A stretch of DNA of 64,000 nucleotides, from assembly GCA_050084985.1 (NCBI GenBank), contig JBITNC010000001.1:150412001-150476000 (forward strand), read 5' to 3'. The notes under the pieces are model-generated. The model saw only the letters and a program-made list of their open reading frames with translations. It made no database searches and was not told the origin of the DNA. Position 1 is the stretch's first letter, and every line of letters starts with the position of its first letter. The DNA is from Nageia nagi (lineage: Eukaryota; Plantae; Pinophyta). This document shows positions 24,830 through 39,481 of this stretch, piece by piece. A program made the translations under genes and the position numbers.

Positions 24830-27800
24830 TGTAGAGAAAATAATAATATATACTTTGAATTCTAGTCCTTCATGTTCTTGGTGTTGGATGTTAAGCTAGG
24901 TTTCGTGTTGGCCTTATGTTTATTAAACACATTAGTATTTGTAAATACTTGGGCCACATATGCTTAACTTCTATTTTTTATATATACATAAATAGGTAAA
25001 TAGTTATTGTTGAAATTAAAATATATTTCATGTAATCCAACAATGTTAGCTATATCATATGGACTGGAAGAACTTTGTGTGTCAATTTAAAGGTCAATTC
25101 TACCACACATTGTGATTATCTTGTTGAAATGTAATAATAGAGATACTATTTTAGGGCTTAACCACCACCCATATTTTGCGCACTATTCACCTTAATTGTT
25201 TCTTCATGTGTAAATGTCATGGTAATTTGATTCTTTGACATGGTTGCATAATTCTACATGGTACTAGAGCTCTTGGAGATTCCATAAAAAATTGAGTGAA
25301 GAAATTCGGGTTTTCTATAATTGTTAAAATAATTTTGTAATTTTGGAAGATTGGAATATTTTTTATGAAACATGTTTGTTGGATTTGAAGAAAAGATTTT
25401 TGAGCTTGTGCTCCAAATTCTTGCTCTTTTTTACAAATGAAATTGAAGATGTTGCCAAAAGAAGAATTTTAAGAAATTGCTCTTTTTGGGAAATTTGTAA
25501 AGAATTTGAAGAAACTATTTGCATTTCTAGAATCCTTGCACAACATTAACTAATGTTTCTTGTTTGTATTTTTTCATTTGGACTTATTTGAGTTACTAGA
25601 TTTGAGTTCGAAGTTTCATGTAAAAACCACATATTTATGGTTGAAAATTTGAATTTGAATTAAAAAAAAAGAGTGTTGGATCTATTTTCACACACATGTA
25701 TATAATGAAAAAGAAGAAAATAAAAGATAATGATAGCATATTTGATCAAGTTGAGAAGCTTAGCTTGCATGACTAGGTTGTTATGCTCCTAACTATAGGT
25801 CGCAAGTTTGAACCTTGTTGACTCCCTTGGGCTAGTTGGTTTGATGGTTTTGTTCATTTGTTAGGTGATTTGTTTGACTATTGAGCAAATTTATTTGAAC
25901 ATTTGATGGTTTTATTTTGATTTTTTGACAATTTTGTAGATGTAGGCAATTTTCTAATGGTTGGTAGTGTTTTTTTGTCAACAATTTTCCATTAGTGAAT
26001 TTTTGAAAGTGATTCTCCAATGATGGAGAAGGGTTTTTTATTCATATATAATGGTTTTCCAATCTGTAAGTAGTTTGGAAGTAATCTTTTTTTTGCTTAA
26101 TTTTTTGAGCCCTATGCATTAGCATAGTCTATTTATTTGAATTCATGACCTAATTTCATAAGGATGATATATCTAAGGACAAGAAGAAAGAATGTTATTA
26201 TTGTGGAAAGAAAAATAATCTAGAGAAGATATGTTAGAAGGAATTAGAGGGCCTTCAAAAGGAGATTGAAGTTTTGGAGGGTAGATCTTCTAAAGGGGAT
26301 TTTTCTAATAAGGTATCACTTTCTTCTTTCGATGCAATTAGAATTTTTTTTAATGAGAATTGGTACATTAACTTAGGTGCTTCTTAGCATATGACCAAGA
26401 ATAAAAATTCATTTAAGGGTTGTGTACATGGAAATAATGGTAGTGTGGTTATGTGAAAAATCAATGATGAAGGTCTTTCCATGGTTGGAACAAAAACTTT
26501 GAAGCACAAATATGAGCATATTTATGATGTATATTATTTGTTTAGATTGGATGTCAATTTTTTATTTGTGTATTCAAAATGGGAAGAAAGTGGAGTTCTA
26601 CAAAGATGAAGTTTACATCAAAGGTGTAAGGAAAAAATTCAAACTTATTGCTCTTGGTGTTGTTGATCCATCAAAACTCTTCAAGCTTGATAGGATCATC
26701 AAGAATAATCTTACAAAAGATTTTCATACATTGATTATGAAACTAGATGATAAGAGCAAGCTTTGGCATTTGAGATTGAAGCACTTAAGTTATGGATTAC
26801 TCAATTGTATGAGTTACAAGAGGTTTGTGGAAGGTTTACCTTTTTCTCTTTCTCCTCTTAATGGTGTTTGTAAAGGTTTTATATTTGGTAAACATCATAG
26901 GGATGCATTTCAAATTGGGAAAGTATATCAATATTTTACACTAGTGGAGTTAGTTCATTCATATTTATGTGATGCTATGAGTGTATCTTCATATGGTATA
27001 ATAAATATATATTCTCCTTTTTATTGATGATCACTCTTTAAAGGTATGGGTCTACATTTTGAAACCTAAGAGTGATATTTGGAATAGATAATGTGAAAAT
27101 TCCATTAAATTTTTAAGGATTGACAATGGTGCTAAATATACGAGTAACCATTTTGATTCCTTTTGCAAGCAACATGGCATCATTCATCAAAGTACTCTAT
27201 CCTATATGACACAATAATATGCTTTATTTGAGAGCAAGAATAAGGTACTTGTTGAGATGGCTAGATGTATGTTATATAGAGGGAAAATGATTTGAGATCG
27301 TGGAGTGAAGCAGTTGCATGTGCTTACTATGTAATGAGTTGTTAACCTGTAAGCACCTTGAGTGGAATGACACTTGATGATAAGTTGTATGGAATGACCT
27401 AGTGCAAAGCACTTGAGAGTTTTTGGTTATGATGCTTAGGTACACATTACAAATGAAAGGAGAACCAAACTATAAATAAAGAGTAAAAAATGCATCTTTG
27501 TTGGGTATAATGATGTATCTAAAGGTTACAGGCTTTGGGATTCAACTACACAAAGGTTTATTCAGAGTAAGGATGTGAGGTTTTATGAATAAATCATTTT
27601 TACTCATACATATTATTCTTTTCCAATCCTTATTAGTGTGGAGCCTTCAAATTCTATAGGTGTTCATGATTTGCCTTAAGATGTAGATGGTAGACATCAT
27701 GATAAAAATATGGGATATAAATATGATATTCAAATAAATGATGAAGATAATGATGAAGAAGGTGATCATGATGAAGAAGGTGATCTTCACTTGGATGGTA

Positions 27801-28261
27801 GAGATGGAGATTTCCACTTAAATTATGGAAATGATGATTCTCATATGAATGGTGAGATGATGTGGCCCATCATCATCATTATGAATTTATTTTTGATCTT
27901 GAGTATTAGGGGAGCCTGTTGACTCTTTTGATATCGACTCTTACTTCTATAGTCTAGCTTGTTGGATATGGTAGTATAAAGACTTTTATTTTTCTCTCTC
28001 TAATTTCAATTCTTATATATTGGAGTTACTTTATATGTTACTCTTATCCTATTATATGTACTTTTTATGAGGAACTAGACATGGGAATTTATTCTTAAGT
28101 CGAAGGGTAAGAATATTATGAGATGTGAATGGGTCTATAAGAATAAATACACATTTAAGGATGAAGTGGAGGAACATAAGGCTTAATATAAAGAGGAGGG
28201 TATTGAATACAATGATACATTTTTCTCTTATGGCCCATATGGATTTTATTCATCTAATGCT
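24830..28261 (+). mobile_element. Ty1/Copia element, 5' LTR through start of RT, truncated by the next insertion
   Basis: LTR 24830-25258 (tgtaga..tctaca). PBS tggtactagagc at 25259-25270. Zinc knuckle CYYCGKKNNLEKIC (~26190), protease WYINLGAS*HMT (~26360), LWHLRLKHL GAG-pre-integrase, integrase FIDD/RIDNG, CIFVGY..KGYRLWD, RT start CEWVYKNK (~28125). Confidence 0.88.
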
Positions 28262-31200
28262 TGAGAAATATGCTCATTGAATTACTAAGAAAATGAAATA
28301 TGGTACATATATAGTTCTCTAATGGAACTAGATTACGAAGTTGTTATTTGATAATTGCATTCTCATGTTCAAAAAAATATACTACAAAACATAATCAAAT
28401 CCTTATGAAATCCTTAACAAACTACTAGAATACACTCCTACATGTTTTAGATGTTTACAACAACAATCCACATAAAAATGGAAATAATACAAGCTAAGAA
28501 ACTACCCATGGAATAGTGGGGATTAGTATGCATCATATAGACAAGTCAAAAAGGTTTGATCAATCACCTAACTATGTTGATCGATCACTCAATTGGTCTA
28601 AGGATTGAATTATCGATTATTATTATGAGGGATCGAACCTATGATTTTTTATTATAGAATAAAATATTGATTCCTTAGTGATAACATGCTTTGATCAGGC
28701 TCAAAGTTTAACATTCTCCCCCTTGATGATGAGATGAATCACCAAAGAGTTTATCAACTTCAAAAACTAAGCTTTAATAACACCTTTTGTGAGTATAACT
28801 ACAATATTGTCTAAGGTATTACAATGCATAAACTTAATGATATTTTTCTCCACCATGTATCTTATGAAGTGGTACTTCATATCGAAGTGTTTTGACCTAT
28901 ATATTATTATGGAATGGTTTCTTTTCTAATTGAGTGGCATCTTGTTGTCACAAAATAAGGTTATTGGACCACATTGTTTCTCACCAAGTTCTTTAAGAAC
29001 TTTACTCAAACATAATGCTTCTTGTAATTGCAATTTATTCAAACTCTATAAAAGAAACTACAATTATACTTTTATTCCTTGATCTCATGTAATAATCATA
29101 CCTAATCCAAGATTAAAATAACTCCCTAATGTAGACTTTATATCATCAGTATCACTTCTCTAATCAAAATCACTAAAGCCAACAAGTATTACAATGTCAT
29201 TCTTGTAGTAATGGATGCGAAAATCAATTGTATCTTTCACATATCTAAGGATTCTTTTTGTTGCTTTCAAGTGATTTATAGAGGGATCACTCATATACCT
29301 TAACACAAGTGAGACAACATAAGCAATATTAGCTCTAGTATTTGTGATAGATAATAAACTTCCAATAATGCTCCTATATGCGATCACATCAACTCTTGCA
29401 TCCCCATCATCCTTACTTAACAACACACCATGAGCAATTGGTGTTGGGATTAGTTTACAATTATCCATGCCAATTATTTTTAACATATCATTGGCTTATT
29501 TAGTTTGATAAATGAAAATATCCCCTCTCTTTGATACTCCTCCATACCCAATAAATAGTGCATCAAACCAATATCTTTCATTTCAAACTCTTGCATTATG
29601 GATTACTTAACATCATCAATCAAGTAAGATATCATTACCTTATTTCATGTTATAAAGGGTAGGTTCATTCTTGACTTTTATATAGCTATATTGATAGAAG
29701 TACCCATAAATTCTTGACTACCAAGCTCTTGGAGCTTTGTTGAGGCCATACAAGGCCTTCTTCAACTTGTAGATAAGATGTTCTTTCTCTTTGATCTCAA
29801 AGCCTTGAGGATATTGCACATAAACCTCTTGATTCAAGTAGTCATTTAAAAATGCACTTTTAACATCCATGTGATGAATTTTACAACCTTTGTGGGAAGT
29901 CAAATAAAGAACCAATTTGATTATTTTTTATTATGTTATTGGTGCAAAGGTTTCCTCATAATCAACACTATATCTTTATGTGAAGCCTTTGGATACAATC
30001 CTTACCTTGTGCCTCTCACTGTTATATTTTATCTTGAAGACCCATTTGTAACCAACCAACATAGTCTTTACCTTTTGGAAGCTCCACAAGATCTTAAGTA
30101 TCATTCCTTTTAATGTAATTGATTTCCATGGCCTTCATCTAGAAATCATTATGCATGCTTGTTCATAACTAGATGGCTCTATCTCAACACTAGTCATTAA
30201 AGCATAATTTATAACCTCACCTCTTGGCTCACCATCATCTTTATAAACATGTAGTTTCAAGTCTTCAAGTCTTGTTACAGCTTGATCCATACCTATTCTT
30301 GGCCTCTTGCGAGTCTTCTTTGGAAGGTGGTGTCTTGCATTTGAGAGGATGGATGGCTAGAAAGTATCATTGAAACTTTCTTGATCTTTAACACACTTGA
30401 AGAATCATCATTATCATCATTTGGGATTAATTTTTTTGTCTGGTTTGAACAATAGGTTGCACTTTGAAGGATCTCTCATCATCAGATCCATCATCAACAT
30501 GGAGTTTTTGATGATTATACATTCCCCCTTCATCAAAAATAATATCTCTAAAAATCACTACCTTGTGAGTTTTTTTTTTATTGTAGAGTATATATGCCTT
30601 AGAATTTTCACAATACCAAATAAAAATGCATGCTTCACTTTTGCATCTAGCTTTGTCCTATTTTCATTAGGTACATGTGCATAATCTAGAAAACCAAAAT
30701 CTCTAAAATGATTTAGAGTTGGTTTCTTTTCATACCATATCTCATATGGAGTGATGCCATCTAATGTGCTAAAATGAATATTATTCAAAATATATATTAT
30801 TGTCCTTACCACATAAAGTTTATATGTATTTAATTTTTTTAGTTTGATGCTTGCTTCTAGCCATTTCAATAATGGTTCTATTCTTGTGCTCAACCACACC
30901 ATTTTGTTGTGGAGTGTAGGTGGCCATGATTTTCCTTTTGATTCCACAATCTTTATAAAATTAGAGGAATTCATTTGAGAAAAATTACCCTCTTGTATCA
31001 ATCCTTAATCATTTTACAAAATATCCACTTTGTATCTCAACATGATTTTTAAAATCCTTAAAGCATTCAAAAGCTTCATCTTTGGTCTTCAATAAATAAA
31101 CCGATCACATTCTTGATAAATCATCTATAAAAGTGAGAAAGTAGTAATTCTTACCCAAACTTTGTATTTAGCCCACATATTTTTGAATGCACCAATTGTA

Positions 31201-32862
31201 GTATGGAAGAGGCTCTCCATGATTTTCCTATTGGAAAAATTAATCTTAAGTGCTTTACCAAAGCACAATCTTCACAAACCCCTTTGTGATATTCAACCTT
31301 TGGTATCCCATATACCATTTCTTTAACTGTTAACAATATCAAAATTGTGAAGTTTAAATGACCATATCTAATATGCCATGACCAAATTTTATTTTCTATA
31401 GAAACATTTTCAAGAACAAACCCTTTTCCTTAAAATTTAAATGTAAATACTCTATTTTTTTTTTATCATAGGGATTGTTGTGACCACTCTATAACCATTA
31501 TTTTTATCAAATATTACACATTTTCCATCTTCAAAAATAACCTCATAATTATTTTCCATTATTTGAGCAACACTCAAAAAATTGTGTTTCAACTTTAGAG
31601 TGTGATAAATGGAATCTAATTTCATTTTACCTTCTTTGGTGCACACCTCCATAGCTCTAATGACTTTATTTAAGGCCTTGTCATCTCCAAGCTTTATCTT
31701 AGACTTGTATGAGTTATCCATGGTAGCAAATAAATTTGGATCTTGATAGTCATGTGGTTAGAGAAACCTGTATCCATGTATCTCACAAATTTTAATTATT
31801 ATTTTCATAAGTCAAAAAATATTTTAAGATCCATCCTCTTCTCCATAATGTGCACTACTTCTCTCTTAAGAAGCCATCAATCTACAATCCCTCTCATAAT
31901 GACCAAAATTGTTATAATAGTAACATTATTTGTTTTATTTTTCACTTCTTCATCTTCCTTTAGAAGCATATCTTCTTCCTCTTCCTTCCCCCTTGAAAGA
32001 AATTATCCTTTCCCTTGGCCTCTACCTTGACCACTTGTGCTAGTTTCACTTTCTTGTAGCCTTTCTTCATGAGACATCAATGAACCAATAAATTCATCAT
32101 ATTCAAGATAAGTTAGGTCCTTTTTCTGTTCTATTATGATGGTAACATGGTTGTATTTCAAAAGAAGAGTTCTCAATACCTTCTTCATAACAAGTTCAAT
32201 ATTTATATCCTCACTAAGAGTTTTGATCTTATCTACACAAGCTTCAAATCTTACTAAATAGTCTCCTAAACTCTCTCCTTCATTCATATTGAGGTTCTCA
32301 AATTCTTTCTTCAAAGTTTGAAGCTTGGTTTACCTCACTTGATCATTACCTTGGTATCTATCCTTCAATGCATTACATGCTTCTTTGGTTATAATATATG
32401 AGATAATTCTTGGAAAGATACTCTTCTTCAATCTTGATTGAATATGGTACAAAGGATAAATATTCTTTTTTTGGGCCTCCTTCCTTACATTTTTCTCATT
32501 GGAAACAAGAGTTCTCCAATTAGTAGGTTCATTGTAACCTTCTTCACTTGTATCCCAAATGCCTTTACATATGACTAGAGTCCTCATTTTGATACTCCAA
32601 TACTCATATTCCCACCATTGAACTTAGGAAGAGGAAATGAGTTGTTATTTCCAGCCATTATAGATTGATCAACAACAAGAATTTCATAATGGGAAGCTTG
32701 GGCATAACCTTCTACAAAAACTTGATAAATTTTTACAAAACTCTTGTAAGCTCTCTTCTAACCCAAAATATCAACATGCTCTAATACCAAAATGAGAAAT
32801 ATACTTATTTAATTACTAAGAAAATGAAATATGGTACATATATAGTTCTCTAATAGAACTAG
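28262..32862 (-). mobile_element. Ty1/Copia element, near full length; 5' LTR truncated after ~70 bp
   Basis: 3' LTR 28262-28713. PPT complement ttctccccct at 28714-28723. PBS complement gctctaatacca at 32778-32789. 32793-32862 repeats 28262-28331. gag (UBN2-like KKEFENLNMNEGESLGDY), protease MDTGFSNHMT, integrase, RT HHMDVKSAFLN..LKKALYGLNKAPRAW, YRSIIGSL, RNase H SKHFDMKYHFIR. Confidence 0.93.
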
Positions 32863-35800
32863 ATGAGAATGCAACTCTACCCATAGATGAGAAATGATGA
32901 TAAATTAGAGTTATAAACCTTGGAATAGGGAGTGATTTTCAAGCAACCCCTCCAAAACCTATGAGTGGAACTTAGGATATATTTCCTTACTAAAATAAAA
33001 TCCTATTATACACCTATAAGAGAATGACTTGAACATGTCTCACCACTTGTTGAATCTCCCAAACCTACAAAATATTCTTCTCATGAACCCTTAAACTCTT
33101 CTAAAACATAAATGTTTAATTTTATACTAGATCTTTGTTAGAATCCATGGAATTATCATGTATAAGATAAAATGATTGTTGAAAATGTAAACATGACTAC
33201 TTTTGAGTTTCCAATTAGGGAATCTACAAAGAAAAATAAAATTAAAATTATTCCTCTAGTTGTCTCATCTACTTTTCATTGAAACCCAACCAAAAAGTTG
33301 AATGTATTTTTTTCAAATTTGATATCTTATACCAGAGTTATGATTATAGGACTAATTACCATAAGTTAAAATTATTTCTAGCCACTCTTCCTTATATAGT
33401 TTATGGGGTTAGAAAGGAAATATATTTCAACATATGATGCATTGAAAAGGGATTAAAAATATATCAAGATTATTGTAAAGGGAGAGAAACTAAAGATGAT
33501 CTTGAATTGAATCAATAGTAAAAATAAAATCTTGTATTATTATCGGGTTTGGGAAACATATTTTGGGTCTAGAAAAACACAATTTGGAAAATAATTGTAC
33601 CTTAAAAGTTTTTGTAAAATGAAAGTGCTAATTGGGGGATAGAAGTGCTTTTTGGGTGATAAAAGTGCTTACCAAATGAAGGAAAACTATTTACTGGTGT
33701 CACCAATAAGAAGACCCAATGTTTAGTGGAAAAAACCTTTCTTTGTACTTTCTTGGGGTTCGATAAGCTCTATTGTTAATGATAGTATGTGGAAGGTCTA
33801 AAACTTATGGAAAATAGATTACCTTACACTTTTTCATGGTCTCATAACACTAGCACTAATTTCATTATCATAACAATCTAGTACTTAATAAATAAACCCA
33901 TGAGGGTGCTTTTTTGAAGTTGTATCCAAACAAGTGTTGATGTCATTAGCTTAAAGGTCTAAAAACTAGTGTTGAAGTTGCTTGTTGGGTGTAGGAAACC
34001 CCATAAATGATGTCATGCTAAAAAAGGTTTAAGAAGAATGTTAAGGATTGACATTGTTCAGTTAGCCTCTAGAGGGCTCATGAAGATTGTTACTTGATTT
34101 AACATTGAAATTTAACGTATGAATTCACTATCTGAGATCCAAAAAATGTTAACCTTCATCTTGAATCATTATAACTACCCATGCCACCTATATAAGGAAT
34201 GTTAAACAAGTTTGAGGTACTATGGAGTCAGTTGGGAAAGTTGATCAGTGGTAAGAAGTATAAGAGGTGTTTGTTATGATTAAAATACATTTGGCTACTT
34301 TATTAAAGGAGAGGAAGAATTTTTTTGCATTATCCATGCATAGAGAAGATAGATGAAAGATATAACAACCATATTTCATGTTGATACAATTAAGAGCATA
34401 TTTTAATTACGTAGGAAGAGTTGCATATCGAGGAGTTGTAAAACATAAGCTCCGCTTGGTTGAATGAAATATTCTTATGGAATGTATAAAATTAAAATAC
34501 TCTTCAATCTATTATATATTCTATGCTCTTCATTTTATGTACTTGAATGTAGAATTAATATTGTTTTTTAATAGTAATTATAGGATAATCATTACATTTA
34601 AGGCATGGAATTTTAATAATATAGCAGATAATAAGTTTTGTAAAATTTGTATTTGAGGATTTGTGTAATCCATAGGATTTCAATGATTATAAATCATGTA
34701 GTACTAGAGTTGGTTGAGATTATTGTTGGGAATAGATTAATATATTGTAAAGTTGTGGTTATTTTATGTTTATGATCATATCAAAAAATGAAGGAGATTT
34801 GGTGGAGACAGACCCTGATATTGGCTCTAGAATTTGGTTGAGAAAGAAAAGATAAATTTCCATGGAGAATGATGAGCTGAAGAGAAAGATTAAGATCATG
34901 GAAGCAATACTCAAAGACTTGGTCATGAAAATTGCAATGTTAAAGACAACCAATGCAATAAAGGAACCAAATTTGGGAGAGAGTTCACAATAAGCACTAA
35001 ATTTATCTTACAAATGGAGGTATTTTTTATAGTAAAAAAGATTGAGGATGATAATGATAAGATCCAAGTAGCTACTCTCAAATTGGAAGGACATACTTTA
35101 GTTTGGTGGGAAGCATATTGTGATGCCATTAAGAATGGTGATGAATTTAGTATTTCAAGTTGGAGGAGTTTCAAGGAGCTTCTACAAACATGTTTTATCC
35201 TCTTGGCCATCAACAAAATAAGACCACAAAGTGGTCCTATTTCAATTAAGAGAAAGGAAAAAGTATCCAATAATATACAACTAAATTAAGAAAGAGGACT
35301 ACATTAGTTGGTGTTTCATTGAAAAGCCAAGAGACTTTGTTGAATTACATTATAGATTTCCATAGCTATCTTATTCATACTATTTTAATTTTTAATCCTT
35401 CATATTTGGATCAAGTTTGTATTTAGACACAACACTTAGAGCCTCATGGGAAGTCCAAAAAATGAAGAGAAAGACTCCAAGAAGAACAAGCCATAAGAAA
35501 TTAAGATAAGGTTAATGCAATAATAAATAAAAATGATGACAAGAAGAATCAGTGCTCAAACTATAAGAAGATAAGGCATGAGGAAGATAAATGTTTGTAT
35601 ACAGACCCAAAAATTAAATCTAAATGGTTTAAAAACAAACTTGAGAAAAATGCAATATCATTGCTCAAGGTAAAGCCAACATTAGAAGAATAAAGGATTT
35701 TTAGGTTTAAGATGAAATACTTAATTTCATGGTTCTTAATGGTTCATCATCAAGAGGTGAAGAACAAGTCAAGAAAATTCAATTATTATACATCAAGGTC

Positions 35801-37519
35801 CAAGCTAAGAAGAACAAGATTGATGCACTTATTGATCTTAGTTCTCAAGTGAATATGATTTCTAAGAGCTTGGTGTAAAAGTTAGGGCTAAAAACTTATC
35901 CTCATTCATGGCCTTATCCACTTGGATGGGTGAGAAAAATTATAAAGATGCAAGTCACACACCAATGCAAGCTGAGGTTTGACATTAAGTTGATTATATT
36001 GATGAGGTTTAATTTTATGTTATACCTATTGATGTTTCTGAAATAGTGTTGGGTAGCCCTTATTTGTTTAATAGGAATGTTATATATTATATAAAGAAGA
36101 ATGGATATCACTTTGTTAAGGAAGGTAAAAATTTTATAGTAAGATATCATGTGAGTAAAACTACAAATTCTCCTCTCATAGTGAGAAATATGAAGGATAT
36201 TGTCAATGCTTTAAGAAAACTAATACTTATGATAATAAAATATTAAGGGGACAAACAACCATCAGTTCAAGCATAGTATGATCAAGTCATGGAAAGATAA
36301 ACCCAAATTGAGAAAATTAGAAAAGAGGTTTTTCACCATGGATGTAGTCCTCATAATAGTAAGAAAACTAAACCAAGAAGAAGAGTGGGAGTGAAAAAAG
36401 ATACAAAACCTCACCATCCATAAATGTTGATTGAGGGATTTATACCTTGGAATCCTTGAATAATTTCAACACATCCAACATGGGGTCAATAGTGGTATGG
36501 ATTCCCTTAAGGAATTGTTATTCTGCATTACTATGTCCTTTAAGAATTTGGGAACCAAATTACTACAAGAAAATAAGCATTGAGCATCAGGCATAACATC
36601 ATGGATTTTTTATTTTAAATTCTGAAGTTGTTTTCATTACATATCATTAGAGGTTTGATTTCCATTATTTTTTATTTCCTTAACATTATTCTTGATGTTA
36701 TTCTTGGTGTTATTCTTAATTTTATTCTTGAAAAAATAACCTCAAAAGACATACCATTAGGAAGCTCTTGGAACTCTCAAATAAAATAAATCTAACCCCA
36801 TAAACCCATCACTTTCCTTCGAAATATTTTGAAATAGAAAAATGGGATTCCAATTTGAATTTTAATGAGGTAAAGGAGGAAGGGGGTTCTCTATAGCATT
36901 CTACCATATTTTTTACTAATTTCTCATCCATGTAAGATTTTTCTACCACATTCTATAGATTTTTAATTTTTTACTCTTAAATGCAAAAATAAAAATATAT
37001 TATATGTTAATTTAGCTAAAACTAGTAAAGACCCTAGATTTTAGGAAAAATATTAGGGTTTTTTTACAAATTTGAAGGTTTCTTAAAGAATTTAGAAAAA
37101 ACCCTAAGGTTTTTACCAAATTCTCTAAAATTTGGTAAAAATACTTGATAATTTGGTAAAAACCCTCTAGGATTTTTCCAAATTCTTAATAATTTAGTAA
37201 AATTCTTTTTTACCAAATTTCCAAAGAAATTGGTAAAAACTCTAAGAATTTACCATATTCTTGGTGAAAAAAATCGTAGAAAAACTTAGGGTTTTTTTCT
37301 AATTTTTAGATAATTTTAAAAAATCCTAAGGGTTTTATGAAATTTTTAAAATTTAGAAAATATTTTACTAAAAATCTTAACTAAAACAAAAGAAATTCAA
37401 AAATTCATCGTAAAAAAACATCATAGGAAATCAATTACAAAAAAATTTCATATAACAATCCTAAAATTTAAATTTAAATTTTTTAACCCCCTTCTATCCA
37501 ATTTTTTTTAACCCCCTGT

Positions 37520-37630
37520 AAGGGGAAGGGGATGGGGAGGGGAGGGGAAAGGGGTAAGGGGTGAAGGGGAAGGGGGAAAGGGGAGAAGGAGAAGGAAAGG
37601 GGAGAGGGGGAAGGGGATAAGAGGAAGGGT
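37520..37630 (+). repeat. Polypurine G-run tract (G-quadruplex-competent)
   Basis: More than ten runs of 4-5 G separated by 1-3 nt of A/T. Confidence 0.85.
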
Positions 37631-38062
37631 TTAGGGCTTAAGAGTTTAAAGGGTTTAGGGTTTTGATTAGGGTTTAGGGTTTAAGAGTTTAACCATTCAA
37701 GGGTTTTAGGGCTTAATGGTTTAAGAATTTAAGGATTTTAAAGGCTTAGGGTTTAAGGTTTTAACTAGGGTTTTTAGGGTTCATGGTTTACGAGTTTAGG
37801 GTTTAAGGGTTTATGGTTTTACAATTTTAAGGTTTAAATTATGAGGGATTAAGGGTTTCAAATTTTGGTTATAGGGTTTAGATTTTTAAGGTTTATGATT
37901 CAAGTGATTAAGGGTTTTATGGGTTTAAGGGTTTTGGGTTTTACAATTTTAGGGTTTAGGATTTTAAGGTTTAAGGTTTGGAGTTTAAGGGATTAAGGGT
38001 TTTAGGGTTTTAGGATTTAAGGGTTTAGGGTCTTACAATTTTTGGGTTTTAAGGTTTAGGGT
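37627..38062 (+). repeat. Degenerate interstitial telomere-like array (TTTAGGG/TTAAGGG)
   Basis: Multiple gggtttaggg, ttttaggg and tttaaggg units over ~430 bp. Confidence 0.82.
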
Positions 38063-38360
38063 TAGACTTAAGCTAATAAAAATAAGACTTAGTTTCTTAA
38101 AAATATGGCTTAGGTAAGTAAATATTTAACACAGGTTAGTTAGAATTAAGTTAGTAAAAATTTAACTTATGTTACACAGGTTAGAAATTTTTTGACTTAG
38201 GTTAGTAAAATTTTTAATTAGCTAGGTTAGTAAAAATATGACTTATGTTAGACTTAGGTTGCTAAAACTTTAACTCAAGTAAGATTTATTAGGTTAGTAA
38301 AATTTTTACTTAGATTAGATTTATTAGGTTACAAAAAATTAGATGGAGGCTAGTAAAATT
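38063..38360 (+). repeat. Degenerate ttaggttag(t/a)aaa repeat block
   Basis: Recurrent acttaggttagtaaaa-type units at ~20-30 nt spacing. Confidence 0.65.
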
Positions 38361-39137
38361 TTAACTTAAATAATTGGATACTATTTTTTTCTTTTAATAC
38401 AATAATAATATTAAATCTTTGTTTTGTAATAGTTTATGTGATATTAATTAATTATGATTTGATATTCATGAAATTAATTTTAATTTCTAATTATTTACTA
38501 ACATTTATTTAATTGATATTTGCAGAATTCTTTTAGAGTGTCTGCTCATTAGGAAGTTGTGATGGATACAGATTAGGAGGAAGAATAGCATGTCAACGAG
38601 CATAATGATATTGATCGATATAGAGTAGGGTATAGTCATGAGGGTAGTGAGGGTTTTTAGATTAAATGATAGTACTGATGATAGTGATTGATGTACATGT
38701 TCATTACATACATTTTCATATATTTTGATCTATGTATATGAATTGGTATTTACATACATTTATATATATTGTCATCTACATAATTTTGATATTTATAGAC
38801 ATTTTTGAATTCAACATTTTATACATTATCTATATATTATGTTTTTAATATGTTTACAAATTATGCTTTAAGTTTCAAATTTTTACTTCCATTAAATTTA
38901 AAAATATTTAATTCAATTAAATATAATAAACAAAATTCACTATAATGAATTAATTATTTAATTTAAAAATTAATTCAATTAAATTAAAAAAAATAAATTT
39001 TCAATCTATACAAAAAAATTCAAAAATATCATTACAAAAAAATGCAAAAAATCAATATTTTTCTCAATTTAAATTTTACTGATGTTGTTCTTGACGTTAT
39101 GGTTGATGTTATTCTTGACATTATTATACTTGAAAAA

Positions 39138-39218
39138 AATCATGATGGTAAAGCTACCATGTAGTGATGGAAACCATGATGGTAAAGCTACCATGTAGTG
39201 ATGGAAACCATGATGGTA
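39138..39218. repeat. 34 bp tandem duplication
   Basis: catgatggtaaagctaccatgtagtgatggaaac twice, plus a partial third copy. Confidence 0.88.
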
Positions 39219-39481
39219 TGCCTAACATTAATATTGATAGACACATTAACGTGAGGTATATCATCAGAGAATTTTCACTTAAAAAAATTAACACCAGGGC
39301 TTGATGTTATTCTTGATGCCTGATGCTTATTTTCTTGTAATGTATACCCATTAGGGAGGCATGATTTGAAATTGGATCAATGGTAAAAGTAAATTCTTGT
39401 ATTGTTATCAAGTTAGGAAAACACCTGCTAGGTCTAGGAAAATACAATTCAAGAAATAATTATGCCTTACAAGTTCTTTCC

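Larger units (their letters stand above)
36561..39342. mobile_element. Non-autonomous CACTA (En/Spm) DNA transposon, ~2.8 kb
   Basis: TIRs tactacaagaaaataagcat / atgcttattttcttgtaatg, each one transition from CACTACAAGAAAA. 3 bp flanks aat/tat. Subterminal ~12 bp repeats (gttattcttgat) near both ends. Confidence 0.85.

Noticed and set aside
37627-38062. True telomere or chromosome-fusion scar
   Set aside because: The array is degenerate, short and enclosed within CACTA TIRs.
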